From the NCBI GenBank assembly GCA_937888615.1, contig CALABZ010000086.1, forward strand, positions 342-64,341: 64,000 nt of DNA, written 5' to 3'. Below, in pieces: positions 26,379 to 35,550 of this stretch. Below the pieces are notes generated by a model. It saw nothing but the letters and a program-made list of their open reading frames with translations, was not told where the DNA came from and ran no database searches. This DNA comes from an uncultured Lentisphaeria bacterium (lineage in GTDB: Bacteria; Verrucomicrobiota; Lentisphaeria; Victivallales; Victivallaceae). The number at the start of each line of letters is the position of its first letter. Positions within the stretch are counted from its first letter, which is position 1. Position numbers and translations under genes: made by a program.

Positions 26379-27527
26379 ATGGATAACTTAACGGAAGAAA
26401 AAATAATCCACGGAGTAGAACCCGGCGGTGCTTACGACCAGGGGTTGAAAGCCCTGGTCCACATGGCCAAGTTCCTCTTCTTCGCCATGGTTCTGGTGAT
26501 CGTGGTAATGCTGATTTATTATATCGCCGCCAGTGGTCTCTGTTCGGTTCCGCCGCAACAAGCCGCATTGGTGCTGAGATTCGGCAAATACCAGACCGTA
26601 CACACGGAAGGATGGCACTGGTACCCGCCGTCACCGGTCTATTCGTTCGTCTATATCAAGACCAGTTCGCAAACGGTTGACGTGACCTTCGAATCGCAGG
26701 CCGCCAACCAAATGCAGAATCCGGAGATGGCTCCGGAAAACAAACCGCTGGTCCCCGGCGCCGATAATTACCTGCTCTCCGGCGACGCCAACATCATCCA
26801 CACGTCGTGGTCGGTCGAATACCGGGTGTTCAATCCCCGCAAATACTATGAAACCATTCAGGGACCGATCAATCCGCTGAACAATGACGCGGTACAGGTC
26901 GATCCGAAGACCAAAGAACAGCAGGGTATCCGCGGTCCCCAGACCCTGCTTCGCAACCTCCTGCGTTGCGTTGTCATCAACGTCACCGCCGGGAAAAAAG
27001 TGGAAAACCTCCTCTACAACAATAAAGATTATTCGGATGAAGTGCAGCAGCAGTTCATCAACCTGATCACCTCCATGGATATCGGGATCGAAATCAACAA
27101 CGTGATCCTGCGGCAGGCCTCGCCCCCGGCCAGCACTCGCCGCGCGTTCAGCGAAGTGACCGAGGCGAACCAGATCCGCAGCACCGAAATCGAAAAGGCG
27201 CGCGAATACAAGGTAAATACTGAAACCACCACCCGGGCCAGAGCCCAGCAGATCCTGTCCGAAGCCGGAGCCTACCGGATTCGCACCGTGGCGCAGCTCG
27301 AAGCCGAAAGCATTTACTTCAAAAGCATCTACGACCAGTACAAGGCCAACCCGGAATCGGTCCTGACCGCGCTGTACAACAATACGCTGGTCAATGTCCT
27401 AAGCGCCGTGGATGACAAATATATTGTGGGCGACTACAGCAACGGCGAAAAACGCCGCCAGGTCCGGATCCAGTTGAATCCCGAACCGCGAAAGCCCAAA
27501 GCGAAACCTGAAAGCGAGGTGCGTTAA
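26379..27527 (+). CDS. SPFH/band-7 protein, HflK-like (third paralog)
   Basis: TM helix FFAMVLVIVVMLIYYIAA, then PPQQAALVLRFGKYQTV...GWHWYPP and a C-terminal coiled segment (KAREYKVNTETTTRARAQQILSEAGAYR). Confidence 0.8.
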   Translation: MDNLTEEKIIHGVEPGGAYDQGLKALVHMAKFLFFAMVLVIVVMLIYYIAASGLCSVPPQQAALVLRFGKYQTVHTEGWHWYPPSPVYSFVYIKTSSQTVDVTFESQAANQMQNPEMAPENKPLVPGADNYLLSGDANIIHTSWSVEYRVFNPRKYYETIQGPINPLNNDAVQVDPKTKEQQGIRGPQTLLRNLLRCVVINVTAGKKVENLLYNNKDYSDEVQQQFINLITSMDIGIEINNVILRQASPPASTRRAFSEVTEANQIRSTEIEKAREYKVNTETTTRARAQQILSEAGAYRIRTVAQLEAESIYFKSIYDQYKANPESVLTALYNNTLVNVLSAVDDKYIVGDYSNGEKRRQVRIQLNPEPRKPKAKPESEVR

Positions 27528-27529
27528 TC

Positions 27530-29569
27530 ATGGCTGAGAATACGATGACCAACGAAGTACCGACCCCCTGCGCCTGCGGCCACGACCATGCCCATGAGCA
27601 TCAAAACGCCCCCGTGCAGAAAGCCGAACATAAACACGAGCACAACCACAGCAAGGGCTTTGTCTGTCCCACTTGCGGAGAAGTCTCCGAAGGGACCGGG
27701 CATGACCGTTCCATGGGACGTTTGGGATTTGCCCTGCTCGGCGGTTGTTTCACCCTGAACTCTTTCCTGCTGAACTGGTTGCTGCCGAGTTACGCGCTGG
27801 CCGCCGAATACAGCGCCCTGGTCGGCGCCGTAATCCTGGCCATGCCGATCGTCTGGACCGCGACCAAGGATCTCTGGAAAGGCAAAGTCTACATGAACGA
27901 ACTGGTGGCCCTGGCTATCCTGGCGGCCATCGCCGGCGGGAACTTCCAGACCGCCGGAATCATCGCCTTTTTCCTGCTGCTGACAATCATTATCGAAACC
28001 CGCACCGCCAGCGGCGCACAGCGTTCGATCGAAGAATTGATCAAGCTGACGCCGAGCACGGCACACGTCATGCGTGACGGCGTCGAGGTCGACGTCGAAG
28101 CTTCCGAGCTTGTGGTCGGCGATATTGTCCGGGTCCGCGCCGGGGACAATTTCCCGGTGGACGGCCGTATTATCAAGGGCGAGAGCACCGTTAACCAGGC
28201 TTCAATCACCGGGGAATCGGTCCCTGTCGACAAAGCGGTCAACGACGACGTTTTCGCCGGTACCCAGAACCTGACCGGCGGCGTTGAAATCAAAGTGACC
28301 AAGATCGGGGAAGACACCACCCTGGGCAAAGTCAAGGAAATGATCCTGGCGGCCGAAGGTTCCAAGACCCCGATCGTCCGTATTATCGACCGTTACGCCA
28401 GTTATTACACGCCGACCATTTTGATGCTTGCCGCCGTAACCTGGTGGTTCTCCAACGGCAACATGAGCCAGGTGATCACACTGATGGTCATCGCCTGTCC
28501 CTGCGCGGTCGTGCTGGCCACACCGACAGCGGTGGTCGCGGCGGTAGCCGCCGCCGCCCGTCTCGGCATCCTGATCAAAAATGTGGCGCACCTGGAATTA
28601 GCGACTAAAGTTCGCACGTTTGTTTTCGACAAAACCGGTACGTTGACCAACGGCCTGTTGTCGGTGGTTCGCCTGAACCCCTTCGAAGGCACCGAACCCG
28701 CCGAACTGCTTGCCATCGCGGCCAGCGCCGAACAGTACAGCAATCACCCGACCGGCAAAGCCATGCAGAAACTGGCCGCCGAAGCAGGTTTGACCCTGCT
28801 TGACACGACGGATTTTGAGGAAATTCACGGCAAAGGCGTCAGCGCTGCCGTCGACGGCAGGAAATGCCTGATCGGGCGCGCCACCTGGCTCGAAACGCTG
28901 GGCTTCAATGTTCCGGAGGAAAAAGCCGAGGACGCCGCCAATATCAGTATTGTGTATGTGGCCTGCGACGGGAAGTTGATCGGCTGGCTCGGACTTCGCG
29001 ACAAACTGCGCGACGAAGCGCCGAAGATGATCGCCGACCTGCGTGCTCTGGGCGTCCGCAACTGCGCCATGGTAACAGGCGACCGCAAATCGGTGGCCGA
29101 AATCGTGGCCGCCCAACTGCATATCGATGATTACCGCAGCGAATGCCTGCCCGAAGGCAAAGTGGAATATGTGAAGAACGCCTCGAAAAATTCAATCGTT
29201 GCGGTTGTCGGCGACGGCGTGAACGATGCTCCGGCCCTGGCCGCCGGCGACCTCGGGATCGCGATGGGAGCCATCGGCAGTGACGTGGCGATCAACAGTG
29301 CGTCGATCGCGCTGATGACCAACGATCTGCGCCGGATTCCGGCACTGGTGTCGTTGTCGCGCAAAATGTGCGTGATCATGAACCAGAACGTATTCGTCGG
29401 TTTTCTCTTCGTCGTCGGCGGAATGATCATGGCCCTGGTCGGTTTGCTGACTCCGGTGGCGGCCGCCGTGCTCCACACGCTCAGTACGATCCTGATCATC
29501 TTCAACAGCGCGCGCCTGGTGCGCAGCGGCGAAGAAATAACGCTTGAAAGTTCTTCCGAAGAACTGTAA
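27530..29569 (+). CDS. Heavy-metal-translocating P1B-type ATPase with a His/Cys-rich N-terminus
   Basis: Motifs CPC (MVIACPCAVVLATP), DKTGTLT, SNHPTGKA and GDGVNDAPAL. The N-terminus is CACGHDHAHEHQNAPVQKAEHKHEHNHSKGFVCPTCGE, and I saw no ferredoxin-fold HMA domain. The gene starts 2 nt after the preceding stop. Confidence 0.93.
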   Translation: MAENTMTNEVPTPCACGHDHAHEHQNAPVQKAEHKHEHNHSKGFVCPTCGEVSEGTGHDRSMGRLGFALLGGCFTLNSFLLNWLLPSYALAAEYSALVGAVILAMPIVWTATKDLWKGKVYMNELVALAILAAIAGGNFQTAGIIAFFLLLTIIIETRTASGAQRSIEELIKLTPSTAHVMRDGVEVDVEASELVVGDIVRVRAGDNFPVDGRIIKGESTVNQASITGESVPVDKAVNDDVFAGTQNLTGGVEIKVTKIGEDTTLGKVKEMILAAEGSKTPIVRIIDRYASYYTPTILMLAAVTWWFSNGNMSQVITLMVIACPCAVVLATPTAVVAAVAAAARLGILIKNVAHLELATKVRTFVFDKTGTLTNGLLSVVRLNPFEGTEPAELLAIAASAEQYSNHPTGKAMQKLAAEAGLTLLDTTDFEEIHGKGVSAAVDGRKCLIGRATWLETLGFNVPEEKAEDAANISIVYVACDGKLIGWLGLRDKLRDEAPKMIADLRALGVRNCAMVTGDRKSVAEIVAAQLHIDDYRSECLPEGKVEYVKNASKNSIVAVVGDGVNDAPALAAGDLGIAMGAIGSDVAINSASIALMTNDLRRIPALVSLSRKMCVIMNQNVFVGFLFVVGGMIMALVGLLTPVAAAVLHTLSTILIIFNSARLVRSGEEITLESSSEEL

Positions 29570-29595
29570 AAACCAAACGGGGGGAGAATTAGATT

Positions 29596-30759
29596 ATGGC
29601 AAACGAAAACAACCAGCCGGTAGTCAATGCGGTCGGACTGACCAAGATATTCCGGGACTTCTGGGGCAGACCAAAAGCCAAGGCGGTGATGGATATCGAT
29701 TTCAACGTATACCCCGGTGAAGTGATCGGGCTTCTCGGCCCGAATGGTTCCGGCAAGTCCACCACCGTCAAAATGCTGCTGGGACTCCTCTATCCGACGG
29801 CCGGTACCCTCTCCGTGCTGGGGCGCTCGCCCCGCGCGGTGGAAACCAAACTGGAAATCGGTTACCTGCCGGAAGAATCCTATCTTTACAAATACCTGAC
29901 CGCCAGTGAGACGCTCGACTTTTTCGGAGCACTCTTCGGGTTGTCGGCGGCGGAACGGAAACTTCGTACCGAGCAATTGCTGGACATGGTGGGGCTAAGC
30001 CACGCCCGCCGCCGCCGTGTCGGTGAATTTTCCAAGGGTATGGCGCGCCGGATCGGTCTGGCCCAGGCCATGATCAACGACCCCGCGTTGCTGATTCTGG
30101 ACGAACCGACTTCCGGACTCGACCCGCTGGGCTGCAAGGAAGTCAAGGATTTGATTCTGCACCTGAAAAAACGAGGCAAAACCGTGATCGTAACCAGTCA
30201 CATGCTCAGCGACGTGGAAGATATCTGCGACCGCGTCATGATCATGTACGGCGGCAAAATCCGTGCCGAAGGAACCTTGAAGGAACTCCTGACCATTACC
30301 GATTCCAGCCGCATCACCACCCCGGTTCTCAGCCCGGAAATCACGGCCAAAGTGCTTAAAATCCTGCGCGAAAACTTCGGCAGCGAAGAAGAGTTCCGGG
30401 TGGATCATCCCCGCAAGAGCCTTGAAGAATTCTTCCTTGATGTCATCAATCAGGCCCGCCATGACAGCGTCGAAACCGCCGGTGTGGTCAGCGGCGGCAA
30501 TATCGCCAGCTACCTGAACGACGACAAAGATACGGTCCTGAGCGCCTTGACCCAAAACGAAGAAACCGTGGAAGAGAAAGAGCCATTCCCGGACCCCGGC
30601 GAAGTTTCCAGAGCAGAGGCCGCCGTCGAAGCCCGCCTCGAAAAATTGACGGAGGAAGAAAAGCCGGTCGAACCGGAAGTCAGTAAGAAAGACGAACTGG
30701 CAGCCGAGAAACTGGCCGAAGCCAACGATAAACTAAAAGACTTGCTGTCCGGTAAATGA
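29596..30759 (+). CDS. ABC transporter ATP-binding protein (ABC-2/DrrA-like) with an acidic coiled C-terminal extension
   Basis: Walker A GPNGSGKST, signature FSKGMARR, Walker B LLILDEPTSGLD, H-loop SHML. The C-terminal ~90 aa are Glu/Lys-rich. Confidence 0.92.
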   Translation: MANENNQPVVNAVGLTKIFRDFWGRPKAKAVMDIDFNVYPGEVIGLLGPNGSGKSTTVKMLLGLLYPTAGTLSVLGRSPRAVETKLEIGYLPEESYLYKYLTASETLDFFGALFGLSAAERKLRTEQLLDMVGLSHARRRRVGEFSKGMARRIGLAQAMINDPALLILDEPTSGLDPLGCKEVKDLILHLKKRGKTVIVTSHMLSDVEDICDRVMIMYGGKIRAEGTLKELLTITDSSRITTPVLSPEITAKVLKILRENFGSEEEFRVDHPRKSLEEFFLDVINQARHDSVETAGVVSGGNIASYLNDDKDTVLSALTQNEETVEEKEPFPDPGEVSRAEAAVEARLEKLTEEEKPVEPEVSKKDELAAEKLAEANDKLKDLLSGK

Positions 30760-30782
30760 CGGCTTAACTGAGAGAATAGCAT

Positions 30783-32222
30783 ATGGTGCCATTTTTAGGA
30801 ATTGTGCGACTGACACTGAAAACGGCGGTCAGATCCAATATTTTTCAGTTACTGCTGTTAGTGCTGCTGGTCTGCATCGTCGCCGTCCCGACCTCAATCG
30901 CCGGAGACGGAACCGCCCGGGGATATATTCAGATATCCCTGAAATACAGTCTGGCGATGACCGGTTTTATCCTGTCGCTGTCATCGGTCTGGCTCGGATG
31001 TTTCATCATGTCGCGCGACACGGAAACCTACCAGCTCCACATGGTAGTGACCAAATCCATCTCGCGCCTGACAGTCTGGGTCGGCAAATGGACCGGGATC
31101 GTCCTGATTCATCTGGTGCTGCTCTTGCTGGCTTCGCTGACGATCTACTTCATCGTTCAGTACCAGTATCACCGCCAAAGTTTCTCCGCCGAAGAAAAAC
31201 AGCGCATTGAAAACGAAGTCATGGTAGCCCGGCGCGTTTATTATCCGATCATGCCCAAAATGGACGAGCTGGCCCGCAAGGAACTGGCCCGCAGGCTGGA
31301 AATAAACAAACGCAGCGGACGAACGGTAGATGAATCCCAAATGGCCCAGGACCAGTTGTTCCAGGACATCAAGCGGGAAATTGTCTCCCGCTACTCCCAG
31401 ATTGCGTTTGGTGAAGTCCGCGAATGGCGTTATGAAAATCTGCCGACAGACTACACGGGACCGGTTTTTCTGCGTTTTCGTTTTTACGTGTCCAAAATCG
31501 GCGGCAACGAACAGCGGCTCTCCCAGGGCCTGTGGATTTTAGGCTTTCCGTTCCTGCCGGAAGAACAGGAAACCGGAAAGCAGAAAGTGACCGAGCAGAA
31601 AGACATCAAAGAGAAAAAATACAATTTTGCGGCCTATCCGATGAGTCAAGGGCCGGAACAGATCATGTCCGGTGAATTCCACGAACGCGTAATTAGTTCG
31701 AAGTTCATCAGCGCAAACGGTGAAATGCTGATTGCGTTCCAGAATTTCGACACGAACCGGGAAGGCATGTTTTTCCAGCCGGCGGACGGACCGAAGATTC
31801 TGGTCAGCGCCGGCAGCTTCACCAGCAACTACTTCCGGGCGGTACTGGTCATTTTCATCCAACTGCTGATCATGGCGGGGCTGGGATGCGCGGCGGCTTC
31901 GGTGTTGAGCATGCCTACCGCCGTTTTCCTGGTGATTTCCTACATCATTGCGGGCAGTCTGTCCATACTCCTGAGCGGAACTACTTATTTCAGCGGTCCG
32001 GCGGACTATCTGGGGTCTTACATGGGCAAGATTCTGCTGCTTTTCGTCATTCCGCTGCAGGCGTTCGATATTTCATATTATGTGGCGGGGGGCGAACTGA
32101 TCGAATTTTCGTTGATCGGTTCGATCTTCCTGCAATATTTCATCCTGCGGGGGGTACCGTTTTTCCTGCTTGGAATGTTTTTGTATAAACGCAGAGAACT
32201 GGGGCTGGTAATCAGAAAATGA
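30783..32222 (+). CDS. Polytopic membrane protein, ABC-2-type permease-like with a large central soluble insert
   Basis: Three N-terminal and three or four C-terminal hydrophobic helices flank a ~200-aa charged region. It follows the ABC ATPase by 23 nt. Confidence 0.6.
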   Translation: MVPFLGIVRLTLKTAVRSNIFQLLLLVLLVCIVAVPTSIAGDGTARGYIQISLKYSLAMTGFILSLSSVWLGCFIMSRDTETYQLHMVVTKSISRLTVWVGKWTGIVLIHLVLLLLASLTIYFIVQYQYHRQSFSAEEKQRIENEVMVARRVYYPIMPKMDELARKELARRLEINKRSGRTVDESQMAQDQLFQDIKREIVSRYSQIAFGEVREWRYENLPTDYTGPVFLRFRFYVSKIGGNEQRLSQGLWILGFPFLPEEQETGKQKVTEQKDIKEKKYNFAAYPMSQGPEQIMSGEFHERVISSKFISANGEMLIAFQNFDTNREGMFFQPADGPKILVSAGSFTSNYFRAVLVIFIQLLIMAGLGCAAASVLSMPTAVFLVISYIIAGSLSILLSGTTYFSGPADYLGSYMGKILLLFVIPLQAFDISYYVAGGELIEFSLIGSIFLQYFILRGVPFFLLGMFLYKRRELGLVIRK

Positions 32223-33868
32223 ATAATAAACTCCGAAATTTGGTGCTCATTCTGTCGCTGGTGGCCGTTACCGGTATTCTGGCAATTCTCCTGAACTCGA
32301 CCAGTGACCGGCTCAACGTGATGGTCAAAGAGCATAACCTCCACGCGACCGGGCAGATCAGCAATGCGCCGCCGATGGTTGTTTTCACCACCATGGCGCT
32401 GGGCAGTTTCCGCGGCATTCTGGCGGATGTGCTGTGGCTGCGCGCCGCTTCGCTGCAGGATTCCGGCAATTACTTCGAAATGGTCCAGCTTGCATACTGG
32501 ATTACCGAACTCCAACCGCGTTTTTCAGGGGCCACCGCCTACTTGGCCTGGAATATGGCGTACAACATTTCCGTGACCTGTTCGTTGCCGCAGGACCGCT
32601 GGCGCTGGGTCATGGAGGGAATTCGCCTGATCCGGGACAAGGCCATCAATTATAACCCCAGCGATCCGGTCATTTACAAAGAACTCGGCTGGATTTTTAT
32701 GCACAAAATGGGAAATGTCCTCGACGACGCCAACAAATATTACAAAAACCGACTGGCGGTGGAAGTCGGCGAAATCATCGGCGACAATCCCGACTGGGAG
32801 AAGTATATCGCGGCACCGAAAGACGAGGCCGCATTCAAAAAATTATATCCACCGAAGAATCCGTTCTGGAAGACTCTGGAAACGGCCGGTTTCGCCAACC
32901 TCGGGGAACTCTACGCCAAATTCGTCGAGGCCAAGGGACAAGTGCCTGAATCGCTGACCAAACAGATGGCGGCCGATAAAATCAACATCGATATTGATTA
33001 CTATCTGCGCCGTCAATGGCTGATGGAGGAGTTCCGCCTCGACGCCGACCTGATCAACCAGATCAATAAAGAGTACGGCAAACTGGAATGGCGTCTGCCG
33101 GAATCCCAGGCCATCTACTGGGCGACCAAGGGGCTTGAAATGACGGTGGGGCACCGCGATCTTTCCTGTGAACGCATGATCACCCAAGCCCTCAGCAACT
33201 CCTTCCAGGCCGGTCGTATTCTGTGGCTTGACAAGGTGAATTACGAAAACATCATCCTGGTCCCGAACTTCAATGTGGTCGATTCAGTAGAAAAGGCCTA
33301 TCAGAAAGCCTGGGAACAGAACGATCATCAGTCCAGTTTCCGTTCGGCGAAGATCAACTTCTACAAAGATGCGATCACGCTGTTGTACAACTACGGCGAC
33401 ATCAAAAAGGCCCAGGAATATTACGGCAAACTCCGCAAGGAAGAGCCCGGAGCACATCGGTTGTCGCTGGACAATTTCGTCATGAAGGAATGGTCGGAAG
33501 ACGTTCGGGACGCCAGCATCAAGCAAGCGACCGACCAGATCAGCGGCCTGATTTACCAGAGTTGCCTGTATCTGGCGCTGGGTGACGACGACGCGGCCAC
33601 ATCCCACGAACGCATGGCGCGTTTCCTCTACGGCACTTATATGAAGACCGTGGAAGGCATTGAAGGGCGTGTCGGCCTGCCGCCCTACGCGCAGATGAAG
33701 AAATCAATCGTGGAATTCTGTTTGAAAACTTTCCCGCCGGCAGTGGCGGCAGTCCTGCGCGATCGACTAAGTCAGGAACTCGAAGATCAGAACAAGCAAT
33801 TGCCCGAGCAGAAAAGCTCGTTGCTGCCGGACAGCAAAGCGCTTCTACCGCTGCCCGCCATTAAGTAA
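32219..33868 (+). CDS. Membrane-anchored helical hypothetical protein (549 aa)
   Basis: ATGA start/stop overlap with the permease-like gene. One N-terminal TM helix (LVLILSLVAVTGILAILL), followed by W/Y-rich helical sequence. I recognised no family. Confidence 0.65.
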   Translation: MNNKLRNLVLILSLVAVTGILAILLNSTSDRLNVMVKEHNLHATGQISNAPPMVVFTTMALGSFRGILADVLWLRAASLQDSGNYFEMVQLAYWITELQPRFSGATAYLAWNMAYNISVTCSLPQDRWRWVMEGIRLIRDKAINYNPSDPVIYKELGWIFMHKMGNVLDDANKYYKNRLAVEVGEIIGDNPDWEKYIAAPKDEAAFKKLYPPKNPFWKTLETAGFANLGELYAKFVEAKGQVPESLTKQMAADKINIDIDYYLRRQWLMEEFRLDADLINQINKEYGKLEWRLPESQAIYWATKGLEMTVGHRDLSCERMITQALSNSFQAGRILWLDKVNYENIILVPNFNVVDSVEKAYQKAWEQNDHQSSFRSAKINFYKDAITLLYNYGDIKKAQEYYGKLRKEEPGAHRLSLDNFVMKEWSEDVRDASIKQATDQISGLIYQSCLYLALGDDDAATSHERMARFLYGTYMKTVEGIEGRVGLPPYAQMKKSIVEFCLKTFPPAVAAVLRDRLSQELEDQNKQLPEQKSSLLPDSKALLPLPAIK

Positions 33869-33882
33869 CAAGCAAAAAAACG

Positions 33883-33921
33883 AACGGGTCCCGTACCATA
33901 TTGGAGCGGGACCCGTTTTTT
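33883..33921. terminator. Bidirectional rho-independent terminator
   Basis: AACGGGTCCCG (33883-33893) pairs with CGGGACCCGTT (33907-33917). It is preceded by A7 and followed by T-rich sequence, and lies between convergent genes. Confidence 0.85.
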
Positions 33922-33950
33922 ATTTCAATAAAGAGGGGAAACGAAGGGAG

Positions 33951-34394
33951 TCAGAATACGTATTCCGCCTTTTTGGCTTTTGCCCTGGAATTTTCTTCGA
34001 TCACATGGGCCAGGGTAATCGCCGCGGCCTCGCGACGAAATGTTTCGGAAAGGCGCTTCCAGATGCGGGTGGTTTCACAAACGGGCAGACGTGAACAAAT
34101 CTGACTGCCTTTGGTACAGCGGACCAGTTCCAGTTTGCCTTCGAAGAGCTCGATCACTTCCAACAGCGTAATGGACTCGGGGGGACGGCTCAAAAGATAT
34201 CCGCCGGCGCATCCGCGTTCCGCCCGGACCATGCCGGAGCGTTTCAGCGAAATCATGATCTGTTCGATATAGGGCTCGGTTATCTCCTGGGTTTCGGCCA
34301 GTGTTTTGCCCTTGACCGATACGCCGGTATTATAATTGAGCGCCAGTTGAATCAGAATCCTGACTCCATACCTGGATTTACTGGAAAGGTTCAT
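33951..34394 (-). CDS. Rrf2 family transcriptional regulator (three-Cys, Fe-S-type)
   Basis: SKSRYGVRILIQLALNY...LAETQEITEPYIEQIMISLKRSGMVRAERGCAGGYLLSRP, plus the Cys triad CTKGSQICSRLPVC. Confidence 0.9.
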   Translation of the reverse strand: MNLSSKSRYGVRILIQLALNYNTGVSVKGKTLAETQEITEPYIEQIMISLKRSGMVRAERGCAGGYLLSRPPESITLLEVIELFEGKLELVRCTKGSQICSRLPVCETTRIWKRLSETFRREAAAITLAHVIEENSRAKAKKAEYVF

Positions 34395-34592
34395 AATTGC
34401 CTCCTCATCATATTACAAAAAAAATAATGTCTATTCAAAAAGTAAAGTATGACTTTTTCCGAAAAAAGCAAGTCCCTAAATCAATTTATTTGGATTTTTT
34501 TCATCATTTTTTATCATCCCAGTGTAAAAAACATGCTGAATTTGTGCCGTTTATGATTGAATTTCCCATATTTAATTATATTATTTTAAAGG

Positions 34593-34611
34593 CACCGGTA
34601 TTTCACCGGTA
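34593..34611 (+). promoter_or_regulatory. CACCGGTA x2 with 11-bp period, just upstream of the flavoprotein start
   Basis: CACCGGTA at 34593-34600 and at 34604-34611. Each copy contains the palindrome ACCGGT. The site lies 20 bp before the ATG at 34632, in the region divergent from Rrf2. Confidence 0.25.
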
Positions 34612-34631
34612 CGAAATATAGGGATACAGTT

Positions 34632-35252
34632 ATGAAAGTTCTATTAATCAACGGCAGTCCCCACCGCCAGGGGTGTACCTTTACCGCGTTGTCCGAAGTC
34701 GCGGCAACGCTGGAAAAACACGAAATCGACACGGAAATCTTCCACATCGGCGTCAAGGCGATTCACGGCTGTACCGCTTGCGGGGCCTGCGCCGAAAGCG
34801 GCTATTGTGTATTCAAAGAGGACACGGTAAACAGTGCCATCGATCTGTGCAAAAAAGCGGACGGCATTATCGTCGGCTCCCCGGTGTATTATGCGGGACC
34901 GAACGGAGCGTTGTGCGCATTCCTGGACCGGGTGTTCTTTATGAAGAGCCGTCCCTATGCCTACAAACCGGCGGCGGCGGTCGTCAGTTGTCGTCGCGGC
35001 GGGGCCAGCGCGGCATTCGACCGGCTGAACAAATATTTCACGATCTCAAACATGCCGGTCGTGCCCTCCCAATACTGGAACGCGGTCCACGGCAACACCC
35101 CCGATGAGGTGCGCCAGGATGCCGAGGGACTCCAGATCATGCGTACCCTGGGCAATAATATGGCATGGTTGCTGAAGTGCATTGAAGCCGCTAAAGGCAA
35201 AGTTCAACTCCCGGTAACGGAAGCCCCGGTCAGGACAAATTTCATTCGCTGA
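34632..35252 (+). CDS. NAD(P)H-dependent FMN reductase / iron-sulfur flavoprotein-like
   Basis: MKVLLINGSPHRQGCT...HGCTACGACAESGYC...IIVGSPVYYAGPNGALCAFLDR, i.e. a flavodoxin-like fold with a Cys cluster. Confidence 0.85.
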   Translation: MKVLLINGSPHRQGCTFTALSEVAATLEKHEIDTEIFHIGVKAIHGCTACGACAESGYCVFKEDTVNSAIDLCKKADGIIVGSPVYYAGPNGALCAFLDRVFFMKSRPYAYKPAAAVVSCRRGGASAAFDRLNKYFTISNMPVVPSQYWNAVHGNTPDEVRQDAEGLQIMRTLGNNMAWLLKCIEAAKGKVQLPVTEAPVRTNFIR

Positions 35253-35345
35253 AACCCGACTCTTGCCGAAATAATTCCGTTGACGGATTGAAAAAACACC
35301 GTTCCGGCGCTACATTTCTCAAATGTAAAAAAACGGAAAACAGCA

Positions 35346-35546
35346 ATGAAAATAATTTTTAACCGAAAAGAAATGGATGTCGCAGACGGCGTCACCTTGC
35401 GGGATTTTCTTCTGTCGGCCGGGCTCAATCTGGAACGTGTCATCGTGGAATTGAACGATGAACTGGTCCCGGGTCCCCGTTGGGAAGAAACCGTGCTGAA
35501 CGACGGCGACCGGCTTCTGGCGGTAACATTCGTCGGCGGAGGTTGA
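35346..35546 (+). CDS. thiS: ThiS-family sulfur carrier protein (ubiquitin-like, C-terminal GG)
   Basis: 66 aa, ending in VGGG. The length and pattern (NGK/RKE...TL..LL...G......VELN...VP) are typical of ThiS. Confidence 0.85.
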   Translation: MKIIFNRKEMDVADGVTLRDFLLSAGLNLERVIVELNDELVPGPRWEETVLNDGDRLLAVTFVGGG

Positions 35547-35550
35547 TCGC

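Noticed and set aside
35253-35345. TPP riboswitch upstream of thiS
   Set aside because: I looked for the conserved CTGAGA and ACCTGATCTGGATAATGCCAGCG-like elements and found neither. The region is only 93 bp. Absence should be confirmed with an Rfam covariance-model scan.
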